Assembly (NCBI GenBank): GCA_033764315.1
Contig: JANRJA010000222.1
Coordinates: forward strand, 1 to 64,000
Direction: 5' to 3'
Source: Oculatellaceae cyanobacterium bins.114
GTDB lineage: Bacteria > Cyanobacteriota > Cyanobacteriia > Elainellales > Elainellaceae
DNA: 64,000 bases
Under the pieces are notes generated by a model. That model did no database searches, had not been told where the DNA came from, and worked only from the letters and a program-made list of their open reading frames with translations. The position numbers and the translations under genes are program-made. Shown here piece after piece: positions 52,889-63,986 of this stretch. The first letter of the stretch is position 1, and the number at the start of each line of letters is the position of its first letter.

Positions 52889-55033
52889 GTGACGTTTCTT
52901 ATGCAATGGTTAAATCGACTGAGTATCAAATCGAAACTAATCGTTATGCTGCTGACAGTCAGCAGTTGTTCTATTTTAGTCACGGCCTATCTGGGATATC
53001 GCAGTGGTCAATCAAATTTGACTGATCGCGTGTTTAGTCAACTAACGAGCTTACGAGCGTCAAAAGCCTACCAAATCGAATCCTATTTTCAAACCGTCCG
53101 CAATCACATTGAGACATTGAGTGAAGACCCTTCTGTCGTCAATGCAATGGAGGAGTTTGTCGCTGCCCATCGCCAACTAGAGACGATGCAGGGGCAAACC
53201 ACTTCAAATGAAGCCTTGATTAACTATTATCAAACAGAGTTTTTACCCCGTCTGGCTAAAACTGAGCAAGGTTCTCCAGTATTGGATTCTTTCTTGCCAG
53301 AAACGCTTGCAGGGCGATATTTGCAGTATTACTATATTGCCAGAAACCCTAACCCTGTCGGTGAAAAAGATGCTCTCGACAGTGCGAATGATGGCAGCGA
53401 ATACAGCCAGTTACATGCTCGTTACCACCCTATCTTTCGTAACATTATTGATAAGTTTGGCTACTATGATTTGTTTTTAATTGACCCACAGGGAACCATT
53501 GTTTACACCGTTTATAAAGAGACAGACTTTACCAGTAATTTAACCACCGGACCCTATAACGAGAGTAATTTGGCACGGTTGTTTGCTCAAGTTCGCCGTG
53601 CCAAAGAGAGAGACTACGCCAGAATCATCGATTTTGAAGCCTATAGTCCCTCTTATGGAGCACCTGCGGCGTTTATTGCGGCTCCCATTTATAATGACTC
53701 AGAATTTATTGGGGTGTTGGCAGTGCAATTGCCAGTCAACGAGATCAATAATGTCATGACAGGTAATGAGGATTGGCAGAGTGACGGTCTCGGCAAAACC
53801 GGAGAAACCTATCTAGTCGGCAAAGATTACTTGATGCGATCGGTGTCTCGATTTTTGGTTGAAACTCCAAATGAGTATCTGCAAGCCCTACGATTGCTGG
53901 GTGTAGATGAGAACGCTCTAAACCGTATTCAGCAATATAACACCTCCATTTTGGAACAGCGGGTACAAACCGAAGGCGTAGAAGCGGCACTGACCGGACA
54001 AGAAGGTACACAAATCATTCGAGATTATCGCAATATTCCGGTGTTGAGTTCTTACGCACCTCTCAAGATTGATGGATTGAATTGGGTGATTTTATCTGAA
54101 ATGGATCTGGCAGAAGCCTATGCGCCGATCTACTCCTTTCAACATCAGGTATTGATCTCGGCAACATTGCTGATGTTGTTGGTGACATTGGTGGCGATGC
54201 TACTAGCCTACCTATTTGTTAAACCTATTAATCACTTAATTGCAAACGCTCGCAAAGTAGAAGCAGGGGAGTTGGATGCACTCTCGGTTTTAGATACCAA
54301 AGACGAATTTGGAGAACTGGCAAAGTCGTTTAATGCAATGGTGGTGAGTTTACATGCTCAAACCAATTTGGTAGAAGAAAAGAATCGAGAAAATGAGCAG
54401 TTGTTGTTGAGTATATTTCCTGCGGCGATCGCCAAACGGTTAAAGCAAGGCGAAAAAAATATTGCTGAGAGTGTGTCTAATGTAGCAGTGTTATTTTCTG
54501 ATCTGACTGGATTCTCAAAGCTGACGGACTCTCTTACAGCTTATGAGATTGTTAGTATTTTGAATGATCTGGTGACAGCATTTGATGAAGCCGCAGACCG
54601 TTATGGCATGGAAAAGATCAAAACGATTGGAGATAGCTATATGGCAGTCTGTGGGCTGTCTGTGCCTTATTTAGATCACGACCGACGGGCGATTGATTTT
54701 GCCCTGGAGATGCAGATGATTGTCCGGCGTTATAACCATGAACGGGGCTATCAACTCAATATCAGTATTGGCATTAATTCTGGCGATATTGTCGCTGGCA
54801 TCGTCGGTCGCAATAAGTTTATTTATGACGTGTGGGGTGACACAATTAACATTGCTAGTGCTTTAAAGAACGCGTGTCTAGCAGGGGCTATTCTAGTCTC
54901 TAATGATGTTCGAGACCGACTGCAAGACCTCTATGAGTTTGAGCTAATGGAGGCAACCGTCGAAAATGGCAAAGGTCCATTAAAGGCATGGCGATTAAAA
55001 AGCATACAGCAACCCTTGCGCGTTGAAGTTTAG
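52889..55033 (+). CDS. Membrane class III adenylate/guanylate cyclase-like protein (TM-Cache-TM-HAMP-cyclase)
   Basis: VLFSDLTGF, KIKTIGDSYMAV, GINSGDIVAGIVG, YDVWGDTINIAS; HAMP DEFGELAKSFN. Confidence 0.93.
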   Translation: MTFLMQWLNRLSIKSKLIVMLLTVSSCSILVTAYLGYRSGQSNLTDRVFSQLTSLRASKAYQIESYFQTVRNHIETLSEDPSVVNAMEEFVAAHRQLETMQGQTTSNEALINYYQTEFLPRLAKTEQGSPVLDSFLPETLAGRYLQYYYIARNPNPVGEKDALDSANDGSEYSQLHARYHPIFRNIIDKFGYYDLFLIDPQGTIVYTVYKETDFTSNLTTGPYNESNLARLFAQVRRAKERDYARIIDFEAYSPSYGAPAAFIAAPIYNDSEFIGVLAVQLPVNEINNVMTGNEDWQSDGLGKTGETYLVGKDYLMRSVSRFLVETPNEYLQALRLLGVDENALNRIQQYNTSILEQRVQTEGVEAALTGQEGTQIIRDYRNIPVLSSYAPLKIDGLNWVILSEMDLAEAYAPIYSFQHQVLISATLLMLLVTLVAMLLAYLFVKPINHLIANARKVEAGELDALSVLDTKDEFGELAKSFNAMVVSLHAQTNLVEEKNRENEQLLLSIFPAAIAKRLKQGEKNIAESVSNVAVLFSDLTGFSKLTDSLTAYEIVSILNDLVTAFDEAADRYGMEKIKTIGDSYMAVCGLSVPYLDHDRRAIDFALEMQMIVRRYNHERGYQLNISIGINSGDIVAGIVGRNKFIYDVWGDTINIASALKNACLAGAILVSNDVRDRLQDLYEFELMEATVENGKGPLKAWRLKSIQQPLRVEV

Positions 55034-55039
55034 AGAGGA

Positions 55040-56509
55040 TTGAAACCAGATATGCTGCCAGCGGACTTGGGTCATCTTTTTATCTGGGCGATCGCCTTAA
55101 TCGTTGGATTTCCCTTACTCGTTATTATTCTCGGTGAGTCGATCTATCGTCTGCAACAGCGAGGTAAGCCTCTTGTAACCGCACTACGAGCAGTGCGAAA
55201 TTTAGTATTACCCGTGTTTGTGTTCATGCTGTTCACCAAACATATTCTCAAGTTGCCGCCTGACCATGACTTGGTCAAAAGTATTGAGACTTTGTTTTGG
55301 ATTTGTGTGCTGTATGCGGCACTATCGCTATTTAATGCGGTGGTGTTTGAGCAAGCAAAGGCAGACACTTGGCGGGCACGGATGCCCAAGCTGTTGATCG
55401 ACTTATTTCAACTGGTGTTGGTGCTACTCGGTGGGGCGATCGTGCTGGCTACGGTGTGGGATGCTGACTTGGCCGGGGTGGCAACTGCTCTGGGGGTGAG
55501 TTCCATTGTCATTGGTTTGGCGTTGCAAGACACCCTGGGCAGCATCATGTCGGGTATTGCACTGTTGTTTGAGCGTCCTTTTACAGTGGGTGACTGGTTG
55601 CGGGTGGGTGACTTGGTAGGTCAAGTGATTGACATCAACTGGCGATCGGTTCGCTTACACACCTTTGAACGCGAGATGGTGATTATTCCCCATAAGCTGA
55701 TCAGCAGTGAAATTATTCGCAACTTCAGTCGCCCCCTCAGCATCCATGCCGAGCGGATTCGCATTGGCTTTTCATACAACGATCCGCCCAACTTAGCAAA
55801 ACACGTCTTACGCACAACGGCTCTGGAAACTCAAGGTATTTTGACCCATCCAGAACCGCAGATTTTCACGGTTTCCTATGATGATTCTGCGATTACTTAT
55901 GAAGTCAAACTGTTTATTGAAGATTACGGTGATTTAGAAGAAATTCGCGATCGCTTTATGAGTCGGGTTTGGTATGCGGCTCAACGCAATAACTTGACAA
56001 TTCCCTTTCCAATTCGCACACTCTATCACTTTCATGGTCCAACCAGTCGTGCTGAAGGAACCTCTAAAAAGTTTGCTGAGGGATTGCAAGCCATGCCCTC
56101 ATTTGTGCCATTAGATAAACCTGAACATTTAGACTCACTATCTCAAGGCATCACGTTGCAACACTTTGGCACAGGTGAAACCGTAGTGCGTCAGGGGGCA
56201 GTGAATAATGCGCTCTATGTCATCATTTCAGGTCAAGCCGTGATGACGACCACGAATATCACCGGAGACGATCACGAGGTGTTGCCCCTCAAGGCAGGCG
56301 AGTTTTTTGGTGAGATGACGCTGTTTGCGGGAGATGTTAGCCCCATCTCAGTCACCGTGGTAGAAGATCTGGAGGTAATGATGCTCTCGGCCCCCGTTGT
56401 GAATCAGATGATCGAACGCCAACCCAGCTTTGCCCGTGAAATTAGTCAAATTTTAGAAATACGCCGACGAGCAGTGCAAACTGCCCAGCAGACTGTGACA
56501 GAGGTTTAG
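55040..56509 (+). CDS. MscS-family mechanosensitive channel with C-terminal cNMP-binding-like domain
   Basis: IGLALQDTLG...ERPFTVGDW, IPFP; C-terminal VVRQG...LYVIISG...GEFFGEM. Starts 6 nt after the cyclase stop. Confidence 0.93.
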   Translation: MKPDMLPADLGHLFIWAIALIVGFPLLVIILGESIYRLQQRGKPLVTALRAVRNLVLPVFVFMLFTKHILKLPPDHDLVKSIETLFWICVLYAALSLFNAVVFEQAKADTWRARMPKLLIDLFQLVLVLLGGAIVLATVWDADLAGVATALGVSSIVIGLALQDTLGSIMSGIALLFERPFTVGDWLRVGDLVGQVIDINWRSVRLHTFEREMVIIPHKLISSEIIRNFSRPLSIHAERIRIGFSYNDPPNLAKHVLRTTALETQGILTHPEPQIFTVSYDDSAITYEVKLFIEDYGDLEEIRDRFMSRVWYAAQRNNLTIPFPIRTLYHFHGPTSRAEGTSKKFAEGLQAMPSFVPLDKPEHLDSLSQGITLQHFGTGETVVRQGAVNNALYVIISGQAVMTTTNITGDDHEVLPLKAGEFFGEMTLFAGDVSPISVTVVEDLEVMMLSAPVVNQMIERQPSFAREISQILEIRRRAVQTAQQTVTEV

Positions 56510-56550
56510 CTTCGTTGACGCTATGGCATCTATCTTCGGGGACTGTGTTA

Positions 56551-56591
56551 CATCCCAAGAAACCGAGGATCTGGAATAGTCGCACATAGGG
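56551..56591 (+). repeat. Family C repeat, right-end fragment
   Basis: catcccaagaaaccgaggatctggaatagtcgcacatagggg is nearly identical to the reverse complement of 52544-52584. Confidence 0.7.
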
Positions 56592-56752
56592 GTCACTTGG
56601 GATTGCACTAACCCCCGTCGAAGCGGTGATCTCAATATCCGGTTTCCCTCCAGTTTATTTAAACCAGGGCATTCCAGTCATGATTCAAAGCAACACATGG
56701 GTTGACATCAAATCAGCCGGATATAATCCCATTGTCTTGATTCATCGCCATC

Positions 56753-57925
56753 ATGCAACCTAAAAACCCAAACTCCCTGCTCGTCAAAGTCACCCTATTG
56801 GTTTGCAGCAGTCTCACCGTCATGGCAGGTGCAACGATCGCCCCCTCCTTGCCCGCTATGCGCGATCACTTTGCGGCAACTCCCAATGCCGACTATTGGG
56901 TGCGTCTGGTGCTAACCGTTCCGGCCTTGTTTATTGCGATCGGGGCACTGTTCGTCGGTCCTATTATCGATCGGTTTGGTCGCAAGCCTCTGTTGGCTTT
57001 GGCCGTGTTGCTCTATGGCATCGCAGGCAGTTCTGGAGTCGTGTTAAACGCCCTTAACCTGATTTTGCTGGGTCGTGTCTTGTTGGGGTTTAGTGTGGCA
57101 GGCATTATGACGACCGCCACAGCGTTAATTGCCGACTATTACGTTGGAGCGGCTCGCGCTCAGTTTTTAGGCTTTCAAGCGGGGTTTATGGGATTGGGTG
57201 GGGTGGTTTTTCTCTCACTAGGGGGATTTTTGGCAGATCTAAACTGGAGATTACCATTTTTGATTTATCTCCTGGCACTTTTAATTCTGCCGCTGGTGCT
57301 ATTTGTCTTACCAGAACCTAGCCAAACGACCGATTCTCCACAGGCTATTGCTGAACCAAAAGGTTCCTTTCCTTGGGTAGTCGCAGGTCTAACCTATGGG
57401 GCGGCTCTGTTATCGCAGGTGGTATTCTATCTCATCCCGACGCAGTTACCGTTCTATTTAAAGCAACTGGTTAGTGCGAATGCCTCTCAAAGTGGACTGG
57501 CGATCGCCCTTGCTACGTTATTCAGTGCGGCTAGTGCCATCTCCTACAAGCAAATTAAATCTCGTCTGTCGTTCATGAGCATCTATACCCTCGCGTTTTT
57601 ATGCATGGCAGTGGGATATGTCGTCATCAGTGTTGCGGCGACCTACGGAATTGTTTTAATCGGGCTAGCGATCGCTGGAGCGGGGTTAGGGTTGCTCATG
57701 CCCAATATGAATGTTTGCTTAACCTCTGTAGCCCCTGGCAATTTGAGGGGTCGTGTCCTGGGTGGATTGACCACCGCTTTTTTTCTTGGTCAGTTTATTT
57801 CTCCCATCCTCAGTCAACCGATCAGCGGGGCACTTGGCCTAGATCTAACCTATCGACTGGCAGGAGGAGCCATGTTTGCTATGAGTGCGATCGCCCTGGG
57901 AACAGGATTGCTATGGAAACAATAA
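56753..57925 (+). CDS. MFS transporter
   Basis: About 12 TM segments, motif A GPIIDRFGRK, C-terminal RGRVLG. Confidence 0.93.
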   Translation: MQPKNPNSLLVKVTLLVCSSLTVMAGATIAPSLPAMRDHFAATPNADYWVRLVLTVPALFIAIGALFVGPIIDRFGRKPLLALAVLLYGIAGSSGVVLNALNLILLGRVLLGFSVAGIMTTATALIADYYVGAARAQFLGFQAGFMGLGGVVFLSLGGFLADLNWRLPFLIYLLALLILPLVLFVLPEPSQTTDSPQAIAEPKGSFPWVVAGLTYGAALLSQVVFYLIPTQLPFYLKQLVSANASQSGLAIALATLFSAASAISYKQIKSRLSFMSIYTLAFLCMAVGYVVISVAATYGIVLIGLAIAGAGLGLLMPNMNVCLTSVAPGNLRGRVLGGLTTAFFLGQFISPILSQPISGALGLDLTYRLAGGAMFAMSAIALGTGLLWKQ

Positions 57926-58135
57926 TTTGCACTGCACCTTAACGTAAAAAATTATTTCAAGTGAGGGTTTACTACCAAGAAAGTTTTCAGGTATTTCTAA
58001 AGCACGCTTAAGATTATATTTATAATTTCTGAGTGTCTACATAACTTCATTGTTACTTTCCTGGCAAATGTTCTAACCAAGGTTAAACCCTGAGGACGAT
58101 ACTAAATGCCTCAGCAATCAGCCGCTTAGATATTC

Positions 58136-60322
58136 ATGCAACAGCACATATCAGCCTCCCTTAAGTCAAGCTTAGAAGCCGCGATCGATCGGTCTCCACT
58201 TACCGTTGATCCTGATACATCGGTGTGGGAAGTTATCTCAACCATGAGTAAGGCGCAAGGAAGCTGTGTGCTACCAGGGTTAGAGTTATCCCTCAACCGC
58301 AACTTAAGAAACCAGGCACGCGCCACTGCCATCTGGATTGTAGATGACCATCAACTGGTAGGTGTTTTTACTGAGGCAGATGCACTGCGACTGATTGCTT
58401 CACGACAAGCTTTAACCTCGCTCAAGATCACTGAGGTGATGACCAAACCAGCGATCGCCTTGACCCTTTCAGATGATCACGATGTTTTCACAGCTCTCAC
58501 CATCCTGAGACAACACCGCACATCCAACGTTCCTGTTGTCGATGTTCAAAATCATTTAGTCGGAGTCGTTTCGATTGCGGGTATTCGCAGCACCTTGCAA
58601 CTGGATGAGCTGTTGAAATCAACCCCCTTAACCGAGATACTTTTGGCTCCCGTCCTGCAAGCCCCTACAACAACCTCTGTTTTAGATCTAGCTCGTTTAA
58701 TGAGCGAAAATCAGAGTGATTGTGTCGTGATCACTGCTTCTGACTCTGATGAATCCTCTTTGGTAGGGCTGGTTGTAGCCAAAGACGTGATTCAACTTCA
58801 GGCATTAGGCCAAGACCTATCACATCTCTCCGCTGAGGCCATTATGGGCACCCCGCTGCTCTGTTTTGCTCCAACCCAATCGGTCTTAGCAGCCTATTGG
58901 GAGATGCAACAACAACAAGTGCAACGATTTGTGGTGTCAGAAGATGGCATGCCATTGGGCGTTGTCACGCCAACGAGCTTTTTGCAAACCCTCGACCTAG
59001 CTCTCATTCAAAATTCAGTGGCAGAAGTGCAACAATCAGTTGCTCAATTTGTGACCACGAACTCTTCACCAGAAGCATCTTCAACGTTAGAACCCCTCGT
59101 TTCAACACTAGAGAATTCAGCAGATCTGCTAGAGCAACTGCAATGCAGCCGTCTCTTATCCACGATGGCACTGCACATTCGGGAATCGCTCAACCTGGAT
59201 GAAATCTTACAAACAGCTGTGGATGAGGTACGGCAATTTTTACAAACCGATCGCGTCTTAATCTACCAGTTCAATCCAGATATGAGTGGGGTTGTTATGG
59301 TTGAGTCGTTAGTACCAGGCTGGCACCCTGCCTTGCACAGCACGATTCAAGATACCTGCTTTGGCAAAAACTACGCCCAGGCTTATAAAGCAGGACGAAC
59401 TCAGGTTGTAGACGACATCTACGCCGCAGGATTGACCCAATGCCATATTGATATTCTGGTTTTGTTTAGCATCCGAGCCAGTCTTGTGGTTCCAATTTTG
59501 CAAGGAGAGCATTTGTGGGGGTTATTATGTGCCTATCACTGCTCTAACCCTCGACACTGGCGATCATTTGAGGTTGATTTACTAAAACAATTAGCCATTC
59601 ATGTGGCGATCGCCATTCAACAATCTGAGCTATATCAACAAGCTCAAATCGAATTAGCTGAACGAAAACGTGCCGAAGCAGAGCTTAAACTATCGTTAAA
59701 GGAAAAAGAATCTTTACTCAAAGAAATCCATCATCGGGTTAAAAACAACTTGCAAATCATCTCAAGTGTTCTGAGATTGCAATCTGATTACATCAAAGAT
59801 GCAAACATCTTAACTCTTTTTAATGAAAGCCAAAATCGCATTCGCTCAATGGCATTAATCCATGAAAAACTCTATCAATCTAAAGATTTATCTAGGATCA
59901 ACATGGGCGAATATATTAATGATTTAACAGATAATTTACTTCGCTCTTATGCAGCCTCTTCTCAAAATATCATACTTCAGATAGAAGCCAATGATGTTTG
60001 GATGGATATCGATACAGCTATTCCCTGTGGATTGATTATTAATGAGCTTGTTTCTAATGCGGTGAAACATGCATTTCCAAATGCAATCCATCTGGATAAA
60101 GCTCATCAAAATAATATGATTAGTGTTAGTATTAATCGCCCTACTGAAACTCAATTCAAATTAGTTGTAAGCGACAACGGTATTGGTATTCCGAAAGAAA
60201 TTGACTTCCAGAATACCGAATCTTTGGGGTTAGAACTTGTTTGTATTTTTACAGAGCAATTGGGAGGCAAGATTGAACTTGATAGTGATCAAGGGACGAG
60301 CTTCGCAATTATTTTTCCCTAA
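58136..60322 (+). CDS. CBS-domain DXCF cyanobacteriochrome HisKA_2 histidine kinase
   Basis: Tandem CBS repeats; GAF with DTCF and [15 protein letters not shown] box; [18 protein letters not shown]. Confidence 0.93.
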   Translation: MQQHISASLKSSLEAAIDRSPLTVDPDTSVWEVISTMSKAQGSCVLPGLELSLNRNLRNQARATAIWIVDDHQLVGVFTEADALRLIASRQALTSLKITEVMTKPAIALTLSDDHDVFTALTILRQHRTSNVPVVDVQNHLVGVVSIAGIRSTLQLDELLKSTPLTEILLAPVLQAPTTTSVLDLARLMSENQSDCVVITASDSDESSLVGLVVAKDVIQLQALGQDLSHLSAEAIMGTPLLCFAPTQSVLAAYWEMQQQQVQRFVVSEDGMPLGVVTPTSFLQTLDLALIQNSVAEVQQSVAQFVTTNSSPEASSTLEPLVSTLENSADLLEQLQCSRLLSTMALHIRESLNLDEILQTAVDEVRQFLQTDRVLIYQFNPDMSGVVMVESLVPGWHPALHSTIQDTCFGKNYAQAYKAGRTQVVDDIYAAGLTQCHIDILVLFSIRASLVVPILQGEHLWGLLCAYHCSNPRHWRSFEVDLLKQLAIHVAIAIQQSELYQQAQIELAERKRAEAELKLSLKEKESLLKEIHHRVKNNLQIISSVLRLQSDYIKDANILTLFNESQNRIRSMALIHEKLYQSKDLSRINMGEYINDLTDNLLRSYAASSQNIILQIEANDVWMDIDTAIPCGLIINELVSNAVKHAFPNAIHLDKAHQNNMISVSINRPTETQFKLVVSDNGIGIPKEIDFQNTESLGLELVCIFTEQLGGKIELDSDQGTSFAIIFP

Positions 60323-60363
60323 ATTACCTTCCCCTAATTAAAGACTTTATAAGGACCAGTAAC

Positions 60364-61473
60364 ATGGTTGGCGAAAAAATCCTGATAGTTGAAGACGAGC
60401 GAGTTGTCGCAAGAGATATTGAGAAAAGGCTCAAAAAGTTGGGCTATTCGGTTTCGGCATCTGTTGCCTCAGGGGAAGAAGCATTACAAAAAGCAGCCGA
60501 ATTGCGCCCTGATTTAGTATTGATGGATATCCAAATCAAAGGGGAAATGGATGGTATTGAGACGGCTGAACACATTCAAACAGAGCTAGATATTCCAGTC
60601 ATTTACTTAACGGCTTACGCTGACGAAGATACGTTGCAACGGGCAAAAGTAACCGAGCCGTTTGGCTATATTGTTAAGCCATTTGATGAAAGAGATTTGC
60701 ATGTCGCGATCGAAGTTGCGCTGCGAAGACGTTTAGCTGAAGCCGCAGTGCGGGTCGCTCTTAAAAAAGAAAAAGAACTGAGTGAACTTAAATCTCGGTT
60801 TTGGTCAATGGTCGTTCACGAATTTCGTAATCCATTGACTTCAATTTTATCGTCGGCTCAATTGCTAGAGCACCACGGACATAATGTTCCAGAAGAACGA
60901 AGGCGTGAATATTTGTATCTCATTCAAAATTCCATTCGCTCTCTTGATGCTTTATTAGACGATATTTTGCGATTATCTCAAGCTGAAAGAGAGGTCTTAG
61001 AGTTTGATCCAGAGCCTTTGGAAGTAGAAGAGTTTTGCCAACAACTAATTGAAGAAATGCTCTTTAGTACAGGTTTTTCACATCAGATTGTGTTTAACCC
61101 CCAAGGCAGTTGTCAGAATATTTGTTTAGATCGCAAATTACTCTGGCATATTCTCACCAATTTGCTTTCAAACGCTATCAAATATTCTCCTCAAGGGGGG
61201 ACTGTCTATTTGGAATTAAGTTGCCCTAACGGAGAAGTGATATTTAAAGTGAGGGATTCTGGAATCGGCATTCCCAAAGACGACCAAAAATATCTGTTTC
61301 AACCCTTTCATAGAGCTAATAATGTTGGCACTATCCCCGGAACAGGGTTAGGGTTGACTATGGTTAAAAACTGTCTAGAGCTGCATGGTGGTGAAATCCA
61401 GGTTGAAAGCGAAGTGGGCAGAGGCACCACATTTACCATCAAGCTCTTGTCAAGTTGCCGAGTTCCCAATTAA
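60364..61473 (+). CDS. REC-histidine kinase
   Basis: LMDIQI receiver; HEFRNPL; NAIKYS; GTGLGL. Confidence 0.95.
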   Translation: MVGEKILIVEDERVVARDIEKRLKKLGYSVSASVASGEEALQKAAELRPDLVLMDIQIKGEMDGIETAEHIQTELDIPVIYLTAYADEDTLQRAKVTEPFGYIVKPFDERDLHVAIEVALRRRLAEAAVRVALKKEKELSELKSRFWSMVVHEFRNPLTSILSSAQLLEHHGHNVPEERRREYLYLIQNSIRSLDALLDDILRLSQAEREVLEFDPEPLEVEEFCQQLIEEMLFSTGFSHQIVFNPQGSCQNICLDRKLLWHILTNLLSNAIKYSPQGGTVYLELSCPNGEVIFKVRDSGIGIPKDDQKYLFQPFHRANNVGTIPGTGLGLTMVKNCLELHGGEIQVESEVGRGTTFTIKLLSSCRVPN

Positions 61474-61497
61474 ATCTGTTGTGTTAACGCTACTGCC

Positions 61498-62064
61498 CTA
61501 CTGCCTTAACAGGGTGTCTGGTAGTTGCTGAAGGATGCGTTGAAATGGGGTTGTGTCTCCTAACCCCCGTGCCAAAATCAACGCCCCTTGAATTTGCAAA
61601 ATCGCGTTTTCAGAACGGGTACGTGCCTCTGATGGCTCGATTCCTGCATCAATCAGCACTTGAGACAGAGTATCAATCCAGCGATTTAAGGCGGATTTAA
61701 CTTGGCCTTGAAACAACGTGTGAGCATCTCCTAGTGAGAGAACAGCCAACAAACAGGGATTTTGCCCCTGTTTGTATAATTGATCGACTTTAGTACTCAT
61801 GCTCTGGAGGCGATCGCTAGGAGAAGCATCTTGCCGTAAGGGTTCAAGAATGTTTTCCTCCATCCAATCATCGACGTACTCTAAAACGGCCTGTGCCATT
61901 TCTTCTTTTCCTGCCGGGAAATGGTGATACAAACTGGCTCTGCCCAAGCCAGTCGCCTCGGCAATGCGGGTTAAGGTCGCTCCCTCATAGCCATATTGCC
62001 GAAACAAGCTAAACAGGCGTTTAACCGCCTCTTCTCTCGGTTTAGTTTGTTTTTTCTCGGGCAT
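61498..62064 (-). CDS. TetR/AcrR-family transcriptional regulator
   Basis: LFRQYGYEGATLTRIAEATGLGRASLYHHFP.GKEEM HTH. Confidence 0.95.
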   Translation of the reverse strand: MPEKKQTKPREEAVKRLFSLFRQYGYEGATLTRIAEATGLGRASLYHHFPAGKEEMAQAVLEYVDDWMEENILEPLRQDASPSDRLQSMSTKVDQLYKQGQNPCLLAVLSLGDAHTLFQGQVKSALNRWIDTLSQVLIDAGIEPSEARTRSENAILQIQGALILARGLGDTTPFQRILQQLPDTLLRQ

Positions 62065-62096
62065 ATTCACAAGACGTGGGGAACTCTTTAAAGTAT

Positions 62097-62110
62097 ACCA
62101 AACGTTCGGT
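62097..62110. promoter_or_regulatory. Near-palindrome ACCAAACGTTCGGT, candidate TetR autoregulatory operator
   Basis: One mismatched pair, about 30 bp upstream of the TetR start. Confidence 0.55.
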
Positions 62111-62137
62111 TAGAGGGATGCTCTATACAGGAGTTCC

Positions 62138-63235
62138 TTATAGCCGCAGATAAGGCGATAAATCAAACGCTAGTTGAACGTAATGCACCGTTTGAGTCGG
62201 CTCCACCAAGCCCGAAATTGTAATGCCCAATAATCGCACGGCTCGATTGGCTTCCAAATGGGTCATCAGCAATTCCTCTGTCATCGTGTAAATATCGTCT
62301 GCCTTACACAGCAACGTATCTATCGTCCGGCTTCGAGTAATTTGTTGATAGTTCTCATATTTCACTTTTAGCGTTAGTGTATGGCCATAGCGTCGATGCT
62401 TATCCATTCGCTCTTGCACTTCTGCTGCGATCTGCCTGAGTTGAGCACACATCACATCCACATCACTTAAATCTTCTGCAAACGATCGCTCTGCTCCAAT
62501 AGATTTGCGAATGCGATTGGGGTTCACCGGGCGATCATCCTGCGCTCTGGCAACGTGATAATAATAATGCCCTGCTTTGCCAAAATGGTGCGTTAGAGCT
62601 TCCTCAGACCACCGCTTTAAATCAGCCCCCGTGTGAATTCCCAAATCCTTCATCTTGGTAGCGGTGGCGGTGCCTACTCCATAAAACTTCTCGATGGGCA
62701 GTGCTTCAACAAATGCCTCTGCCCGATCGGGAGCGATCAGAGTTAATCCATTTGGTTTGTTTAGACCAGAGGCAATCTTCGCCAAGAATTTGTTGATCGA
62801 CACTCCCGCCGATGCGGTGAGTTGAGTTTCTTGCAAAATAGCTTGTTTGATCTCACTGGCAACCGTCATGGCTAACGGAATATCTTGTTTATTTTGGGTG
62901 ACATCTAAATAAGCTTCATCCAGCGAGAGGGGTTCCACTAGGTCGGTGTAGTGATGAAAGATGTCTCGAATCTGTTGAGAAATCGCGCGATAGACTTCAA
63001 ACCGGGGTTTGACAAAGATCAGATGTGGACATCGTTGTAGTGCAAGGCGTGAAGGCATGGCAGAGTGGATGCCATAGTGACGGGCTTCATAACTGGCAGC
63101 GGCTACTGCGCCGCGTTGTTTGGGTGTGCCCCCCACGACAATGGGCTTGTTTCGCAGGTCTGGGCGATCGCGTTGCTCCACTGATGCAAAGAAAGCATCC
63201 ATATCGATATGAATGATTTTGCGGAGAGTAGACAT
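62138..63235 (-). CDS. dinB: DNA polymerase IV
   Basis: IHIDMDAFFASVE, AASYEAR, SLDEAYLDV, NKFLAKIAS..NKPNG, RKSIGAE, VRLLG. Confidence 0.97.
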   Translation of the reverse strand: MSTLRKIIHIDMDAFFASVEQRDRPDLRNKPIVVGGTPKQRGAVAAASYEARHYGIHSAMPSRLALQRCPHLIFVKPRFEVYRAISQQIRDIFHHYTDLVEPLSLDEAYLDVTQNKQDIPLAMTVASEIKQAILQETQLTASAGVSINKFLAKIASGLNKPNGLTLIAPDRAEAFVEALPIEKFYGVGTATATKMKDLGIHTGADLKRWSEEALTHHFGKAGHYYYHVARAQDDRPVNPNRIRKSIGAERSFAEDLSDVDVMCAQLRQIAAEVQERMDKHRRYGHTLTLKVKYENYQQITRSRTIDTLLCKADDIYTMTEELLMTHLEANRAVRLLGITISGLVEPTQTVHYVQLAFDLSPYLRL

Positions 63236-63323
63236 GGGGCGATCGCTACTGTGTCGTTATATTTGACAAAATAATGATACATTTGCTGTTTCGCAATACA
63301 CTCTAACAAAAAGCGATCGCCCT

Positions 63324-63569
63324 ATGATTTCAATCATCTACAAGATCGATACGGAAGACATTGAAAAAATTCTTGATGTACACAGACAAGGTGGCAAAAT
63401 TCTTTGTCCAATCTGCAATGCGAATTTACTTATTCTTGATACCTGGGAGTTAGCATCTAGGCACAAAAAACTACCGAGTATGTATTGTTCAACTAGTGAA
63501 ACCCATGTCTGCGGCACATTTCTGTTAGCTGACAAACATGATGAAGTTTGGCAAAGGTTTGAACAATGA
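63324..63569 (+). CDS. Small hypothetical protein with Zn-ribbon-like motif
   Basis: 81-aa ATG ORF with CPIC...C....H.C pattern. Confidence 0.6.
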   Translation: MISIIYKIDTEDIEKILDVHRQGGKILCPICNANLLILDTWELASRHKKLPSMYCSTSETHVCGTFLLADKHDEVWQRFEQ

Positions 63570-63644
63570 AAATCACAGTGTAAAACCAAAGAATAGCTCT
63601 TTGCATCCCTGGGAACATCGCAATTGAGAAGATTACTCGTCACT

Positions 63645-63986
63645 TCATAAGAGTCCGAAAATAACTAACATTAGACATGACATAAAAGCAAGGTTATCTA
63701 GCACATGTTTAATCTCTCCAACCCGTCTTCCAGGCTTTAGAATCAACTTTTGTAATAAAGGGATGTAAGGTGTGAAAACCGAAACCAATGCCATTCCAAT
63801 GAGTGCAAAGTAACCTAGAGGAATAGGGTAATTTAGAGTTGGGTAGAATTGCCCTAGAAGTATCAACGTATTCCAGAGAACAACACCCAAAATGATCGAA
63901 GACCACCGAACTGGATTACCCTGTCGATCGGGTATATTTTGTTGATCAGCCGCAGGAATAAACCCCACTTGATGAATTTGATTCAA
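63645..63986 (-). CDS. Small membrane hypothetical protein (start may lie beyond the window)
   Basis: Three hydrophobic segments in an AT-rich ORF near the window edge. Confidence 0.55.
   Translation of the reverse strand: MNQIHQVGFIPAADQQNIPDRQGNPVRWSSIILGVVLWNTLILLGQFYPTLNYPIPLGYFALIGMALVSVFTPYIPLLQKLILKPGRRVGEIKHVLDNLAFMSCLMLVIFGLL

Noticed and set aside
56702-56727. TTGACA...TATAAT promoter upstream of the MFS gene
   Set aside because: The spacer is only 14 nt. The -10 may be real, but the pair is not a canonical sigma70 promoter.
63278-63295. LexA/SOS box upstream of dinB
   Set aside because: The best match has about three mismatches to RGTACNNNDGTWCB.
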